DNA of 64,000 nucleotides from Trypanosoma brucei (Eukaryota), in NCBI GenBank assembly GCA_000002445.1, contig CH464491.1, positions 640,001 through 704,000 on the forward strand, written 5' to 3'. This document shows positions 56,501-64,000 of the stretch, piece by piece. The translations under genes were made by a program, and so were the position numbers. How positions within the stretch are numbered: the first letter of the stretch is position 1; the number at the start of each line of letters is the position of its first letter. The notes below the pieces were generated by a model that had not been told where the DNA came from, ran no database searches, and was given only the letters and a program-made list of their open reading frames with translations.

Positions 56501-57509
56501 TTGATCCCCACTCCGCAATCAACTCCACGGATTTCTCCAGTTGATCAATATTCATACGCCATATGCCACGCCAGTCTCTTCCATCGAGTAGTAGTTGGCC
56601 TTTAACGTACTCCTGCAGATCCCCCGAAACTATGGAGAGCAGCACCGCCGCGTCCATTTTATTGCGCTCACTGTGAGGGTTGCGCTTCCAGTAAGAGCGG
56701 AGCGTCTCATACACAAGTCCCAGAACCTCCCGTGCCTCTGCCAAAGCGAAAGACTTTTGACGCCACTGAATTGGTAATTCATGTTCAACTGGGGTGGCCG
56801 AATAGGAAGCAACAGCACTGGCCAATACACGCATATTAACCCATACTTTTAGTTGCGGCTCCCCGGAAGACTTCTTGGTAGCAGCTGCCCCTCCACTAAC
56901 GCCGTTCGTATCGGCATCTTCATTTTCCTCCTCATCACCCGCGGGGCGCGAGGATTTGGCCCTTTCCATGGGAAGCGGGGTGGAGAGATTAGAGTACACT
57001 TGCACACAGGATGCTTTCCTCATTACCAGATCCAGCCGCTTACCCGTCGGGCACATAACCTTTGGGAACTTTTCCACCATCACCGCCCCACTAGGCAGGT
57101 CCGACACAACATCGTTGTAGAGCGTTTCCAACACAAGGTGAATGTTCGGTTGGTCGGATACCTCATCTATATTGTCGGGAAAGTCATCAACAGCCCCTAC
57201 CTCCTTCAAAAATTTATCGAAGGGCAGCACCTGCTTCTTCACCAGTGTAAAGTTTGTTTCCTCACTTTCTGAGGGAAGTCGGAGGCTCGTACGACCACCT
57301 GTCATATCCCGCACGATTGTCAGGCATAACCGCTGAAGATCATCTGTCAATCGTGCTTCCTCTTCACCACCAATGGGGATCGGCTGCGCAGTAAACAAAA
57401 TGCAACCATCACCACGCGTTAAGTTCCCTCCACCGAATATAACGCGCAGGTGACGCTGTACAACGTTCAGTAGTTGCGACTCAACAACGATGGGTCCTGA
57501 GCGCTCCAT
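44586..57509 (-). CDS. DHC2: Dynein heavy chain, 4307 aa; size and architecture fit cytoplasmic dynein-2 (IFT retrograde motor) heavy chain
   Basis: Four P-loops in the expected order: AAA1 GPAGTGKTE, AAA2 GPSGSGKST, AAA3 GPEGSGKS, AAA4 GRPGVGRRN. Coiled-coil stalk, AAA5/6 and C-terminal domain present. The length equals that of typical dynein-2 heavy chains. The subclass is inferred from length and synteny recollection, not from diagnostic residues. Confidence 0.85.
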   Translation of the reverse strand: MERSGPIVVESQLLNVVQRHLRVIFGGGNLTRGDGCILFTAQPIPIGGEEEARLTDDLQRLCLTIVRDMTGGRTSLRLPSESEETNFTLVKKQVLPFDKFLKEVGAVDDFPDNIDEVSDQPNIHLVLETLYNDVVSDLPSGAVMVEKFPKVMCPTGKRLDLVMRKASCVQVYSNLSTPLPMERAKSSRPAGDEEENEDADTNGVSGGAAATKKSSGEPQLKVWVNMRVLASAVASYSATPVEHELPIQWRQKSFALAEAREVLGLVYETLRSYWKRNPHSERNKMDAAVLLSIVSGDLQEYVKGQLLLDGRDWRGIWRMNIDQLEKSVELIAEWGSMKEVLLRGEWKDVDVGSEKGGVQSAFEQRLRDVLRIRQLLASAENLSPGKAPESIAPEVVFDGESVTDRRVTSDDRWKTCIGKFEKEFSFLEDHLRGRVKQLFGSNQRGQEDLIRTLKQHRTLLNREGIKNGVEGDMASVAEHLIKQLQKIQVRYENNKRRSTTDLHTVKMAKSAQTECAQIPEIAGILFGKSTSLDQVVKVAEGIMGEMQKEESEALAAWRQNMENHCKKLTSLPDAVVFNGSNKQCITCTVHPSIKQCLQEIYSMRSWCGRRHEELLRISEEGEGVIKACEKLIKATTRSMQVVSNYNTVQRQIIHCTRSMLESASNHALSQLLYKGSDKRLVTIANYNEIDGLNMRFQNAVDALCVENRRIRRFHVDFMNQVAELHNLELAGQTDQWRTAVDGLRRLFEEFLNAHNIDNYDNWRRHLDAQIYKALEHQYQRGLETMHEKMQEFKVELVFKQGQVQFKPSFEAVREAYYQQVRELVGIPLRFRGLQQKKESGGPYELYKLIPLSNKDRIVTVHLKAVELFGKLNRVRKAFRTHVLVGTCGINGGPDIDALVEATCANLKNYSDGFNVVKEQLNKLRDIDDNMKIDGFTISTIPIKASVEEQLHRLEEALLNAMRKTMQQTLSAIDTFVYNASNVITRQPVTMEEVGQANKAYREFVAAMPSYEEKFSEAEELNRVLRQHTGTVIDIGSTKSRWEHLREAIASHHKVIDASMSKMRVSLDSMIQKHMKDGQRFSSKWDKMKAQLLEAFKESKPALIDTTLTQMKDSYNELDELKTQSKELEAKCLHFKLPPPNFHELETTLNDVSQTATMWTLYDNFRESLDTLRKEDWLTFRSHTYVFEDFMKEWKAKLTATANASHMGSDTDVIAQYLHNMLEGWAICVPMFRFVRGEGMMTEHWNEMFRLLEIEKGMTSTDLTFGHILDHHKQLVAAETELKQLHARVQGEVQIREALQDLRAWALEANFTLIAPADSATPAKVKLISEWKETLAQVSDNQSLIGSLKDSPFFSHFADEANGWEVKLANLYEALMLMNTIQRKWTYLEPIFARGALPQEQARFKRVDKEFVSIMQDVEADPRVMTIASQADIVDRLKTILDQIERCQKSLMEFLESKRESFSRFYFISDEDMLEILGHSKSPSVIQAHLKKLFMGINSVIFSEDHKFITHMVSSDREQVELAKPVSIEEDDVEKWLVALDQCMKETLQRLLASCVKVKNIIDPEPINRYPSQVLQVTLQVQFSAAVEEAISKNSLSALGGELKNVLNKLTMFPADTDPVSKLKVKALILDVIHHIEVVEALVAKGVTSTESWWWQKQLRYYMNENELCYVAMMDTKFDYTYEYQGNAAKLVHTPLTDKCYLVLTKGMQLGYGGNPYGPAGTGKTESVKALGSAMGRQVLVFNCDEGIDFKSMGRIFMGIVKCGAWGCFDEFNRLKIDQLSAISQMIQVIQEAIKNREPSCTLLNRLIQVNKNAGIFVTLNPAGKGYGGRSKLPDNLRQLFREVAMTQPNNELITSTMLLSEGFTHAKNLAKKIVEMYRLSGQLMSKQQHYDWGLRSLKAVLHLAGSLVQKWKADNGGNAASEKQEEELVLQSLSINMLSKLSVDDARLFRELAVDVFPQVSIREIAYGELESAIEVAVRELGLQLVKSQVHKVLQLYEALGQRMGVVLVGPSGSGKSTLLRILRKAMQILKIEVPLHVMNPKAIHRQQLLGYMDPDTREWYDGVLSAAARDVVRQPKESRPWILCDGDIDPEWVESLNSVLDDNKLLTLPNGVRIQFGKNVNFIFETHSLAYASPATVSRMGVILFSEDDVSLEPAVRSFLHKQPEERRELLGPLIEKYLIPAVHQTLRLDALVVPTTGMGILNCCLAHILHVANEEDFVFSLLRGLCGMLHPEGAKTITTAVYEMGKVSPVSKKRPLDTYYDHEKKCLKEFASNLTVDSSSGSLLKGELIVPTVDVQRLMATLEPLVSDTNCRPVFLVGPEGSGKSITLQQCFARHSGVRITVLHCSAQTTSLHLIQKLEQMCTISSTSSGHVYRPKEGERLVIILKNVNLPKPDRYGTVELHAFMMQLIMYQGFYNNDLEWIGIEKVQLVASMNPTVSAGRYAVTPRLLAVVGIVFMSYPSKAGLNQIYTEYFKSLISSVPDLGCDLANCPTLSGFVINVFEKICRKREGEEYAHCLFCPRSITNWVTNVLMYEIDSQTTTLPAVLGHEATCIFADCLPRAEDIKKARKTISESLATIGYSSTSSSSADDANSILFVSWLSEADERGQKRLKGVSYEAAAAEVEQGIVKYSREHKTLNIHVIPEVVGWLARVDRVLTRPFGHLILVGRPGVGRRNAVCLAAFLLKMNVVTLNMMQKYALKNFRQDLRQFIQRATTQNERLVLMLEDHNIVDETFLEMINSLVSSGEVPGLFTQEEVETMCASLREDAANDGYMGSIASFYLQRLRRNLRIALVMDNCHPLFLVRLQSNPGLISNCDLLWMGAWSNDATRNICKKRLAAVIDNIGADSANKGFHLHRELFSVHESFGEEATPERFRVLMENYESILQKKGESGEASLKRLDAGLAKLHEAEESVAKIQSDVKRKKKKVEEKQKEADKALTEIQQKMEESKEQRDTAEELQARLSTEQEEIAVKREKVTKELSGITPMLESAREAVSSIRSEQLNEIRSLKAPPEPVKDVLEAVLALLGVNDVSWQSMRKFLGERGVKERILDFDAKNISTPIRENVARLMNQKAGSFKQETIRRASVAAAPMAAWVKAMIDYSTILESIGPLNKQLEDLETNSAKGQEQLKQLKSKLKKIDEAVAKLRKEFSEKCKDAERIKDTLEKAQKELTKAKDLLEKLSGEKTRWSQDAQKIQSSNQLLPKRALVAAAFITYIARETEDVRQRYLKQWSSRLNLPDVVKLTGYMRTDGELLQWKSEGLPSDDLSQENAIAMLDSVQTPLVIDPSNQAIEWVKMNLKTNNIVSEVTSMHDERFSHTLELAVRFGKTLLVMDVDGVEPILYPILRRDIFTAGAKQVVQVGNKQVDWQDKFRIMLFTRRTDIDLPPGAAALVLVVNFSVTKFGLENQLLGVTIQHERPELEQERAALLQKEESLKLELNKLEERLLSDLANSSGDLLENTALIQALNDVKVQASSITEALEKSHKLEAELNEKREVYRPFASNGSTIFFLVKDLENLNRMYHFGLNDFVRLFVECLSGYKGETDIEAKMAGLATNFIQKCFVHVSRGLLERDRLVFGMHLIHGFFPQKFPSSLWNLLVGASAGSANTEGNAASDGSVQLPIWAPPMSRAKFTALLADATASEHVKKWDLNDEKRWGSWILENTPEESLTKNSGLSFMEQLLIVDTFRPDRLADLAHHVIMHSLQLDSLTPLTSLEEMLTGASATTPIILITSGGADPSQEVQEVAYRRMERQRFTQIALGGGQTDDAMLHLRRCAAQGDWLFLKNLHLVLDWAYVLEKELSAMPPPNQDFRLIITTEPHDLFPTVLLRMSLKMTIEAPPGVKQNLMRSYIMWDEGYLRLKTKTLSQMLFGLAWFHALLQERRNYVPQGWIKFYEFSLADMKAASDVFCMLSHNNMDWVTLRGMLQNCIYGGRLENVRDEQVLLKLISKIFNEELLVSCTKALHEKLHVPTTSEHSEVVQFIRDNVSDVDTPALLCLPDNADRAVKEQHTDRLREELRSFVHSAGVSASAKDVWRSLLVPVLEVWKNSGLKGGSTQALSAGQGNYDPMKVFFISEAGLLREIVESVAAKFADLQCVADGLLMPSAALREEAAELISGRAPSNWLDQMDGPKEIGLWLQLLNRRLTVMTTNAQRAFSPSGGVFDLVDFLRPQTFLIALRQYTARTTKAPLVDMSLVAVPKGGKGSASPASGTPCITIKGESIQVQGSLIDAQATVSPVSSSSPSSMPMPTEVQVWWMYGSDKSGGAHIPLYTNATRSTKILDISVPGGEEKDEQLLLGGVAAFLMSV

Positions 57510-59639
57510 TGGTTTAATAATAGTATCAATAACAGCAAACTTCCTCCTCCTCTTTTCTTCTAGTTATATGTTCTGACCTTCACCACGACGCTTGTCTCTT
57601 TCCTTCCCTCTCTTTTCCGCTGCACTCGAGACACCCCAACACCACCAGCTCACACCTTCTCTCAACTCAGGCAAACCCTCCACAACACCTCTTTATTTCT
57701 TAATTACTTTCCCGCCACAGCTCGCAGGATACTAAATTCTGTTGCAGTGTTTGCCCGGTGATTTCAAAATGTATTTCTTTCCTTCCTCTTCCTTCCCCTT
57801 TGCTTTCTTTCTCTGGGTTGTCAATTTGTTTTGTAGTTTTGATTTTTTTTTTTTAAATTTCTCCTCTTGTTTATTGTTCTTTTTTTCCTTTTCGTTCTCG
57901 AAGGAAGCCTATAGCAACAGCAGCAACAACAAAACAGTGATATGTCGATGCTGGTGAGGCTCGACAGTACCGAATAAAAGAAGAGAGAAAAAAAGAAATA
58001 TTTCCTCTCCCCCGTTACCTCCGAATATTAGAGTCAAATGTGTTTGTTTTAGTGTGAAGTAAAGCAGGAAAAAAAAATAAAAAAATTAAGGATAAAGAGA
58101 AAGAGGAAGAGGGACGAAAAGCATGAATTCAGATTAGTAACAGAAGCATTTGACAGCGGAAAAAGGAATGGAAAACAAACAGCCGAATTAGAACAAACAC
58201 ATAGCACCGCTACGGATTGCAAACAGTGATGTGTGTGAGTGGAGAAGTAAAGATCTACGCAGTTGAAACAACACACCAAAAAAAAAAAGTGAGGCATGTT
58301 CAGTTGCTAACCACAAAGGCAGGAGAAACAAAAGATTCAAAGAGAAATGGATGAGAAAACGGGAGGAGGGAAGGGGAAGTGTGGGCGGGGTAAAAAGTCG
58401 TAAAAAGACGTTGCACGTATTTGTGTCGAGGAAATTAAACTGAGAGAGCAATTGAATTGCGCATGTAAAAAAAAAAAACCACCGATACACTTCATTCATT
58501 TTAACCCCGTGCGTTTAAACCTGCACACGATACTTGCATCGTACTTAAAAAGTAAATATAACAGATGCCACACTACCTTTTTCTCCTGTTCGCTCCCATT
58601 TTTTTTTTCTGTTCTTTTCTCTTTTCTCCTCACAGGTCCCCAATTCCCCCTACCCTTCAACATTGTGTATTTCAATGTAAATGCCTCACACCTTTATAAT
58701 CACTTCGATCTCGTGTCATCGCGCTTACATGCACGCAACATTTTGGGTGTTGGAGGCAAAAAGTACATACGAGGGAAAACAGACACAACAGAAGTAGTGA
58801 AAAGTTTTGCACGGCGCTACCAGTTTGCAGCTGAGAAAATATAAAAAGATAAAGAAGAGATCAAGAATTCAGAAATATCTCTCTTCCCGTCAACTGCAAT
58901 CAAACACCTGTATATAACGGGACGGATGGCTGCAAGGGGGAATGAATGGTAGAACCAAGCATACAAATGAATGTATGAATATATACTACGTATAAATATA
59001 CATATAAGTAAACAATATATATATATATATATTTATTTATTATGGTATAGGAACGGACAAATGTAAAAAAAAAAATGCGATCTGTTCACACTGTCCCCTT
59101 CTTCTGTCACAGCACAGTGGCCTGCGTTTCGAATACAGAAGTATATATGCACTTGCACACCTTCCATCATTTACTCTAACCTCAAAAAACGCCGTTCCCC
59201 ACCACCCATCCATCCATCCATCCAATTTTCACTGACTAATAACTATTTATATTGCAAATATAAATGAATATAAACGTATGTTTGCCACCACGCACACCCA
59301 AATCACCCCTCCTCACCAAAGGCAAGAGCGGAAACAGAACCTATGAAACACACAAACTTGGGAAGGAAGAAACGAACAGAGAGCAGAAAAACTGCATCGT
59401 TAATTCGCCGTCGGTTTGCCGGTGTGCTTCCTTACTCGTCCTTACACAATAAACACAAACATAATTTTTACTCATAGTTCTTAGGCTCAGAGCTCCGCAC
59501 CATTTCGTGTAAATGAAACCCACACACGCACCTCACTGTACCCTCTTTCTTCCTCGCCGGAGTAACAGACAATCACAAAACAAAAAAACAAAAACAGCAC
59601 AAATAATCCATCCACCCGTGGTGGACGCACTGATATGCC

Positions 59640-61289
59640 CTACGACTGGCCGTTCGCATTCTTACGGAGAAGGCTGGCCAGTACTCGCTCCTGCCCCACA
59701 CGCCGCAACCAGTCAACAAAAAGTGTGTGCACTTTTCCTCGTAACTCATCTGCTAAATCTTTCCTTCCATCCGCCTCGAGTCGTTCATATGCCTCCCGCA
59801 ACTGCCGCGAAGTTTCCTGAAAACGTCGCACGCGCCGCTCCATCGCGGTGGCATACGGCGGAGGCGGCGGACACGGATTCGTGCGGGTGGTCACCACAGC
59901 GCTGGTGTGCGGGGCGACGGGAAAACACACGGGGGTGAATTCATCTGGTGGTAGGATACAATGCGGGGAAGGGATACCAACATTCCATAAATTCATCATG
60001 GGGTTTACCCCGGAGTTTGCCAGATGCTCCTCTAAGGTGGAGTAGTGCGAGTTGTACGGGGCGAAGCGGACATTCTCTGAGTTCTCGCTTCCCTCGAGCT
60101 GGCAGAGTACGGGTGGACTGTTCGTACAGATGAATATGTTCACATTGCGGCATCGGTTCACCACCACAGCAGTGCACAAGGCTGAGATATTGGTGTTCTC
60201 GCAACGATCTATGTACAAAACTCCCCCGACTGGACCTAAAGCAACGGTGCAATTGACAAGTTGAGTGAGCCGTGTGTGAGGAAGGTCGGAAGTAACATAA
60301 AAGCTAGTTTGCGAGCACTTCTCGACGGTGTAGCTGGAGGATATAGCTAACTTCGGGCTATAAGTTACCACTGGGCACGTAGGGATGCAAATAGTTCCTT
60401 GCAAACCCTTAACTACAATGTTGTTGCTAAAAGGTGACGAGCGTGAAGTGGCGGCTAACTCACTAGGCACCGTTATCCTAGGACGTATGAACTGAGAGAG
60501 TATTGTAATGTCGATCGTTTTCTCAGACCGCGGCCACAGAAAGCCGATGCTGGTGCCAAAAGGTTGCTCCACGCCATTAACGAACTCCCGAAGCAAAATT
60601 CGAAGCTCTTTCGAATCACTCAACGTTAATCTTCCTGGTCGCGTGATGGCTACTACACTTATGTAGTCATGAAGGTGTTGACGCACACTTGCCATAACGC
60701 GCTCCCGCTCCGACTCACCCGGTAGTACTCGCTGAGTTTGCTCCACGACAAGTTGGGCGAGCAGAAATATGATGAGTGCCGGTAAACCTATTTGCCTAGT
60801 GGCGGAAACTACAGGCCAGCGGGCGACGTCTACCGTTCCGCCCATCTTTTTAAGTAATGACCGGCTTTCCTCCTGCCTGCATTCCACCGGCGACCTCACC
60901 TCAGGGCTGCCGTTGCCGCTCCCTGTACTGCTTCCTAGTGATGCTGCAGTGTATTGAGTGTATCCACCTGTTAATGCGTATACCACATCGAAAATTGAAC
61001 TGGCAACGGACTCGCGCATGCCAAGAACATTAATGGCAATATCTACCCAAACGGAGAGTGAGATGGCAGTACGATTTGGACACTCCTGACGAATTTTCAT
61101 CACTGATGAAGTTGTGAGACCACTGGGCACTTCAAGAAGGAGGCCACAGCTCTGAAAAAGAACCGAGTTGACACAAAACACCACCTGATTGGTGCCCAGA
61201 AGTGCAGATGTGGGAGAACTGTCCCCGTAATAGGGGTTTCCAGGGGCGTATTTGTTAGTCATTTGGACACTAAAGCGAGACAACACCAC
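59640..61289 (-). CDS. Hypothetical conserved protein, 549 aa
   Basis: Long clean ORF on the array strand with a Pro-rich mid region and a charged helical C-terminus. No motif recognised. Confidence 0.45.
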   Translation of the reverse strand: MVLSRFSVQMTNKYAPGNPYYGDSSPTSALLGTNQVVFCVNSVLFQSCGLLLEVPSGLTTSSVMKIRQECPNRTAISLSVWVDIAINVLGMRESVASSIFDVVYALTGGYTQYTAASLGSSTGSGNGSPEVRSPVECRQEESRSLLKKMGGTVDVARWPVVSATRQIGLPALIIFLLAQLVVEQTQRVLPGESERERVMASVRQHLHDYISVVAITRPGRLTLSDSKELRILLREFVNGVEQPFGTSIGFLWPRSEKTIDITILSQFIRPRITVPSELAATSRSSPFSNNIVVKGLQGTICIPTCPVVTYSPKLAISSSYTVEKCSQTSFYVTSDLPHTRLTQLVNCTVALGPVGGVLYIDRCENTNISALCTAVVVNRCRNVNIFICTNSPPVLCQLEGSENSENVRFAPYNSHYSTLEEHLANSGVNPMMNLWNVGIPSPHCILPPDEFTPVCFPVAPHTSAVVTTRTNPCPPPPPYATAMERRVRRFQETSRQLREAYERLEADGRKDLADELRGKVHTLFVDWLRRVGQERVLASLLRKNANGQS

Positions 61290-62550
61290 ACTTCCTTCTT
61301 TTTATTTCTTTCTTAATGATAGAAAGGTACGCTCTCCAAAAAATGAAAAAAAAAAAACTAACCTAGTGCTCTCCGCTTTGTTTCCTGCTCTTCTACGTGC
61401 TTTCCAGATAATCTATTTCCTTTTTTGCTTTTCTTCTTTTGGAAAAATAACTTCTCAAAAACTACAATAGCAGCTTTTGTATATGTGAGATGATAAATAA
61501 TTTTCTTACAACCCTTCCCTTTTTGGTGGTGGAGGCAATGCAAATACGCAGCTCCTCTCCCTCTATATAAATGTCTGCTTTTCAGTAGAAACAAGAAAAA
61601 GAAAAAAAGAAAGAAGAGTTTTCGACGATAAGTAGAGCAACACAAAGAAACCTGTTGAGGGACAGTTTCTTCTCTTTTTTTTTTTAAAGTATGTACGAGT
61701 TTGTGTGAGAGGGAGATGAAATGGAGAAACGGAAACAGAAGAAATACCATCAACAATGTTAGTGATACAGAGGACAGAAATTGGGAAGAGGAAAGTATAA
61801 AAAGGGGGAAAAAATAAAAATAAAAACAGTGTTTAGTGTATCCATTCATCCGATCAGCTACGCGCATTCAACACGCACGTGCAGTGCACGAGCGTAAAAG
61901 TATTTGTTAACGTATTTATTTTGTTGCTGATCCCATCGAGCATATCAATTCATCCCGTCCCTTCCAAACAGCGGAAAAGAGAAGAGGAGAAACGGGATGA
62001 AAAAGTAGCGGGGTGTAATGAAATAAGGAGAACAGATGGGGTACCGCACAGCAGCGGACTTCCATGTTTTAAAAATAAACAAATAAGTGATTAAGGGAGT
62101 ACGTGATAAAAACCTTGTGAATACACATCAATAACAATCGACAAAAACAAGTATAACACGGAAAACAGTTAAAAAAGATAAAACAAATAAAAACTCAGCC
62201 ACTGTTAACGATGATAGCAAAAAAAAAAAGAATAAATTAGCACGGGAACCACTTAAAAGATAGTTCGTCGCTGTGACGAAAGAGCCAAATAAAATAAGGA
62301 AGAGAATAGAGTGGTTACTTTCACCTTTACCTTCCTTGCCATTCCCCACCTTTTCAAAGTATCGCCCACATATCACCGGGGTCGGTACAACTGCGGCTAA
62401 TTCATACAATAACTGGAGAAATGACTAACTCTAACCACTTCTCCCCCCCCCCCCCGAGAAAAGGTTAGTGGATCATATTATTTCATTATTACACCACAAA
62501 TAATTCCCGTTTGTGACGCATTTTACGAACCTCTCCTGCACCCTCCCGTC

Positions 62551-63480
62551 TCAACTTTGAAACTTCCCTGGTGAAGGTCCAGTCATTTCCCTTTCCTGTT
62601 CAATCGGATGAATGGCGCTATGATAACCTGTTCCGGTACCCGTGATGGCAGCGGAGCCGGAAGGTACACACATTGAGCGCTGCAATGATAGCATGGAATT
62701 CAGAATATGTTGTTGCGGAATGTAACCGGGAGGCAGCGGTTGAGCAACAGAAGACGCAGCAAACATGGAAAATGGTTCACTCGGACTGTAGTTTTGTTGT
62801 GTATTGTTCAGGTTGTTGCCGGAATACATCTGAAGTGCACCACTGCTCTGCATTGGGTAGTTTGGCGGTATGCTCCCAATTGTCAGTGGGGGCGTCAAGG
62901 CGTACGATTGAGACGGAACCATTGCTGTTGGTTGCAGATGATCGTGCACTTGCTGCTGTTGTTGTTGTTGTTGCTGTTGCGTGTTGTTGTTGCTACCAAC
63001 ATATGTTTCGTCAGGTCTCCGATTATCCCCGGTGTCGTTACTCCCACTCCTCCGCCCTCCCATGAACTGACGCATGATACACATATTACAACAACCAGCA
63101 AGGAGGAAAAAGACAAGTGCTAATCCCACGAGTCCGAACAGCGGGTTGCGAACGATCTTAGCTAACGAGAAACCCAAGTAGCCGGAGGAATCGGTGTCGG
63201 TTGAGTTATCTTTTATTACTGATACGTTGCACCAAATGTACCGCGGGTTCAGTACGTCCTGCTGAACAGAAGTAATCCAGTCTTCATCGCACACGCATGT
63301 TTTATTTTCTTCAAACCACTCCCCATGCATGCATATATTCACAGTGTTTTTGAGGTACGGAGGCAGTTCAACACTTTTATTTGGGAGGGCAGCATATGAT
63401 GGCAAAGTACTGTCTTCCATTAATGACAGCAAAAGTAACACCCAGGACAGAAAACGCACTTCCGCCAGCATCGATAACAT
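62551..63480 (-). CDS. Type-I membrane protein: signal peptide, Cys/N-glycosylation-rich ectodomain, one TM helix, cytoplasmic tail with polyQ and Pro-rich segment
   Basis: N-terminal hydrophobic leader (FLSWVLLLLSL). NxS/T sites (NKS, NKT, NVS, NST). TM helix LFGLVGLALVFFLLAGCC. A Q11 run encoded by (CAA/CAG)n at about 62935-62990. Confidence 0.5.
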   Translation of the reverse strand: MLSMLAEVRFLSWVLLLLSLMEDSTLPSYAALPNKSVELPPYLKNTVNICMHGEWFEENKTCVCDEDWITSVQQDVLNPRYIWCNVSVIKDNSTDTDSSGYLGFSLAKIVRNPLFGLVGLALVFFLLAGCCNMCIMRQFMGGRRSGSNDTGDNRRPDETYVGSNNNTQQQQQQQQQQVHDHLQPTAMVPSQSYALTPPLTIGSIPPNYPMQSSGALQMYSGNNLNNTQQNYSPSEPFSMFAASSVAQPLPPGYIPQQHILNSMLSLQRSMCVPSGSAAITGTGTGYHSAIHPIEQEREMTGPSPGKFQS

Positions 63481-64000
63481 TTTTTCTTTCTTTGTTCCCT
63501 TCGTTTTTCTTTTTTACCTTCTCGTGATCCTACAAGCAAATACGACCAAAATAAGATTCGAAATGACGTCAGAACAAATGACGTGCATGCCCAGACGAAA
63601 GAGCATAAACACACGTATAAATAAATATATATTTATTTAAGTACAAGCGATATCAAATTGCAACAATCAAACACAGGAATTTTAAACAAAGTGGCGATAC
63701 CACAGATCCCAATTGATGTAACTGCCCTGTACCCACGTGCGCCGCTTAATGCGTATGCTTAACGATAGTAACAATATTAATCGTCATCACAATAATGAGA
63801 CTATATATTTTGATGATTTCTTCTATTATTTTCTTTTGTTGCATACACACACTCGTATTACATTTTTGAACAAGCCACTCAACAGCCGCGTCACCGTTTT
63901 CGCATAATTGAACAACGCATTTCTTCCTTTCCTTTTTCATTATTATTGTCATTGTTGCTGTTTTTTTTTTTTTCGTGCGTGTGTGTGCAGGTTGGGTGTG

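Noticed and set aside
57510-59640. Several 60-130 aa ORFs between the dynein gene and the next gene
   Set aside because: Low-complexity, pyrimidine- or purine-tract derived. Consistent with UTR/intergenic sequence.

Overview
The window reads as a chromosome-internal region of an African trypanosome (Trypanosoma brucei group). The basis for this call is: densely packed intron-less ORFs in two long same-strand arrays (polycistronic style); an ingi-type non-LTR retrotransposon whose 5' end matches my recollection of the ingi/RIME start; and a Mex67 with an N-terminal CCCH finger. The gene order Mex67b ... Mex67, PGK-like, flabarin pair, TTL, IFT dynein heavy chain also matches what I recall of T. 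brucei chromosome 11 (Tb927.11.23xx-24xx), but I cannot verify that here.

Layout: a plus-strand gene array covers about 1-28.7 kb. It holds an acidic repetitive protein, a strumpellin/WASH-complex subunit, a MOCS3/Uba4-type E1 with a rhodanese domain, Mex67b, a small coiled-coil protein, PheRS beta, Mex67 (CCCH), a PGK-like/cNMP-binding/transmembrane fusion, a 3'-fragment copy of TTL, and a dually acylated flabarin-like protein. A minus-strand array covers about 40.7-64 kb. It holds a flabarin-like paralogue, tubulin-tyrosine-ligase-like protein, a 4307-aa dynein heavy chain, a hypothetical 549-aa protein and a type-I membrane protein with a polyQ tail.

The two arrays converge on a strand-switch region of about 12 kb (28.7-40.7 kb). 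This region is a large palindrome with two pairs of near-identical inverted segments. The outer pair (about 780 bp, ~99% identical) covers the TTL 3' end and its downstream sequence. The inner pair is 1.72 kb and ~99% identical. Between the pairs lie the diverged flabarin paralogues (about 45% aa identity) and unrelated sequence. A 5254-bp ingi retrotransposon sits on the minus strand in the ~340-bp spacer between the inner arms. It has a 12-bp target-site duplication, a poly(A) tail, a 2A peptide and a single frameshift.

A 4-kb gene-free, microsatellite-rich stretch lies at 11.1-15.3 kb. I found no convincing tRNA, rRNA or CRISPR-like feature.
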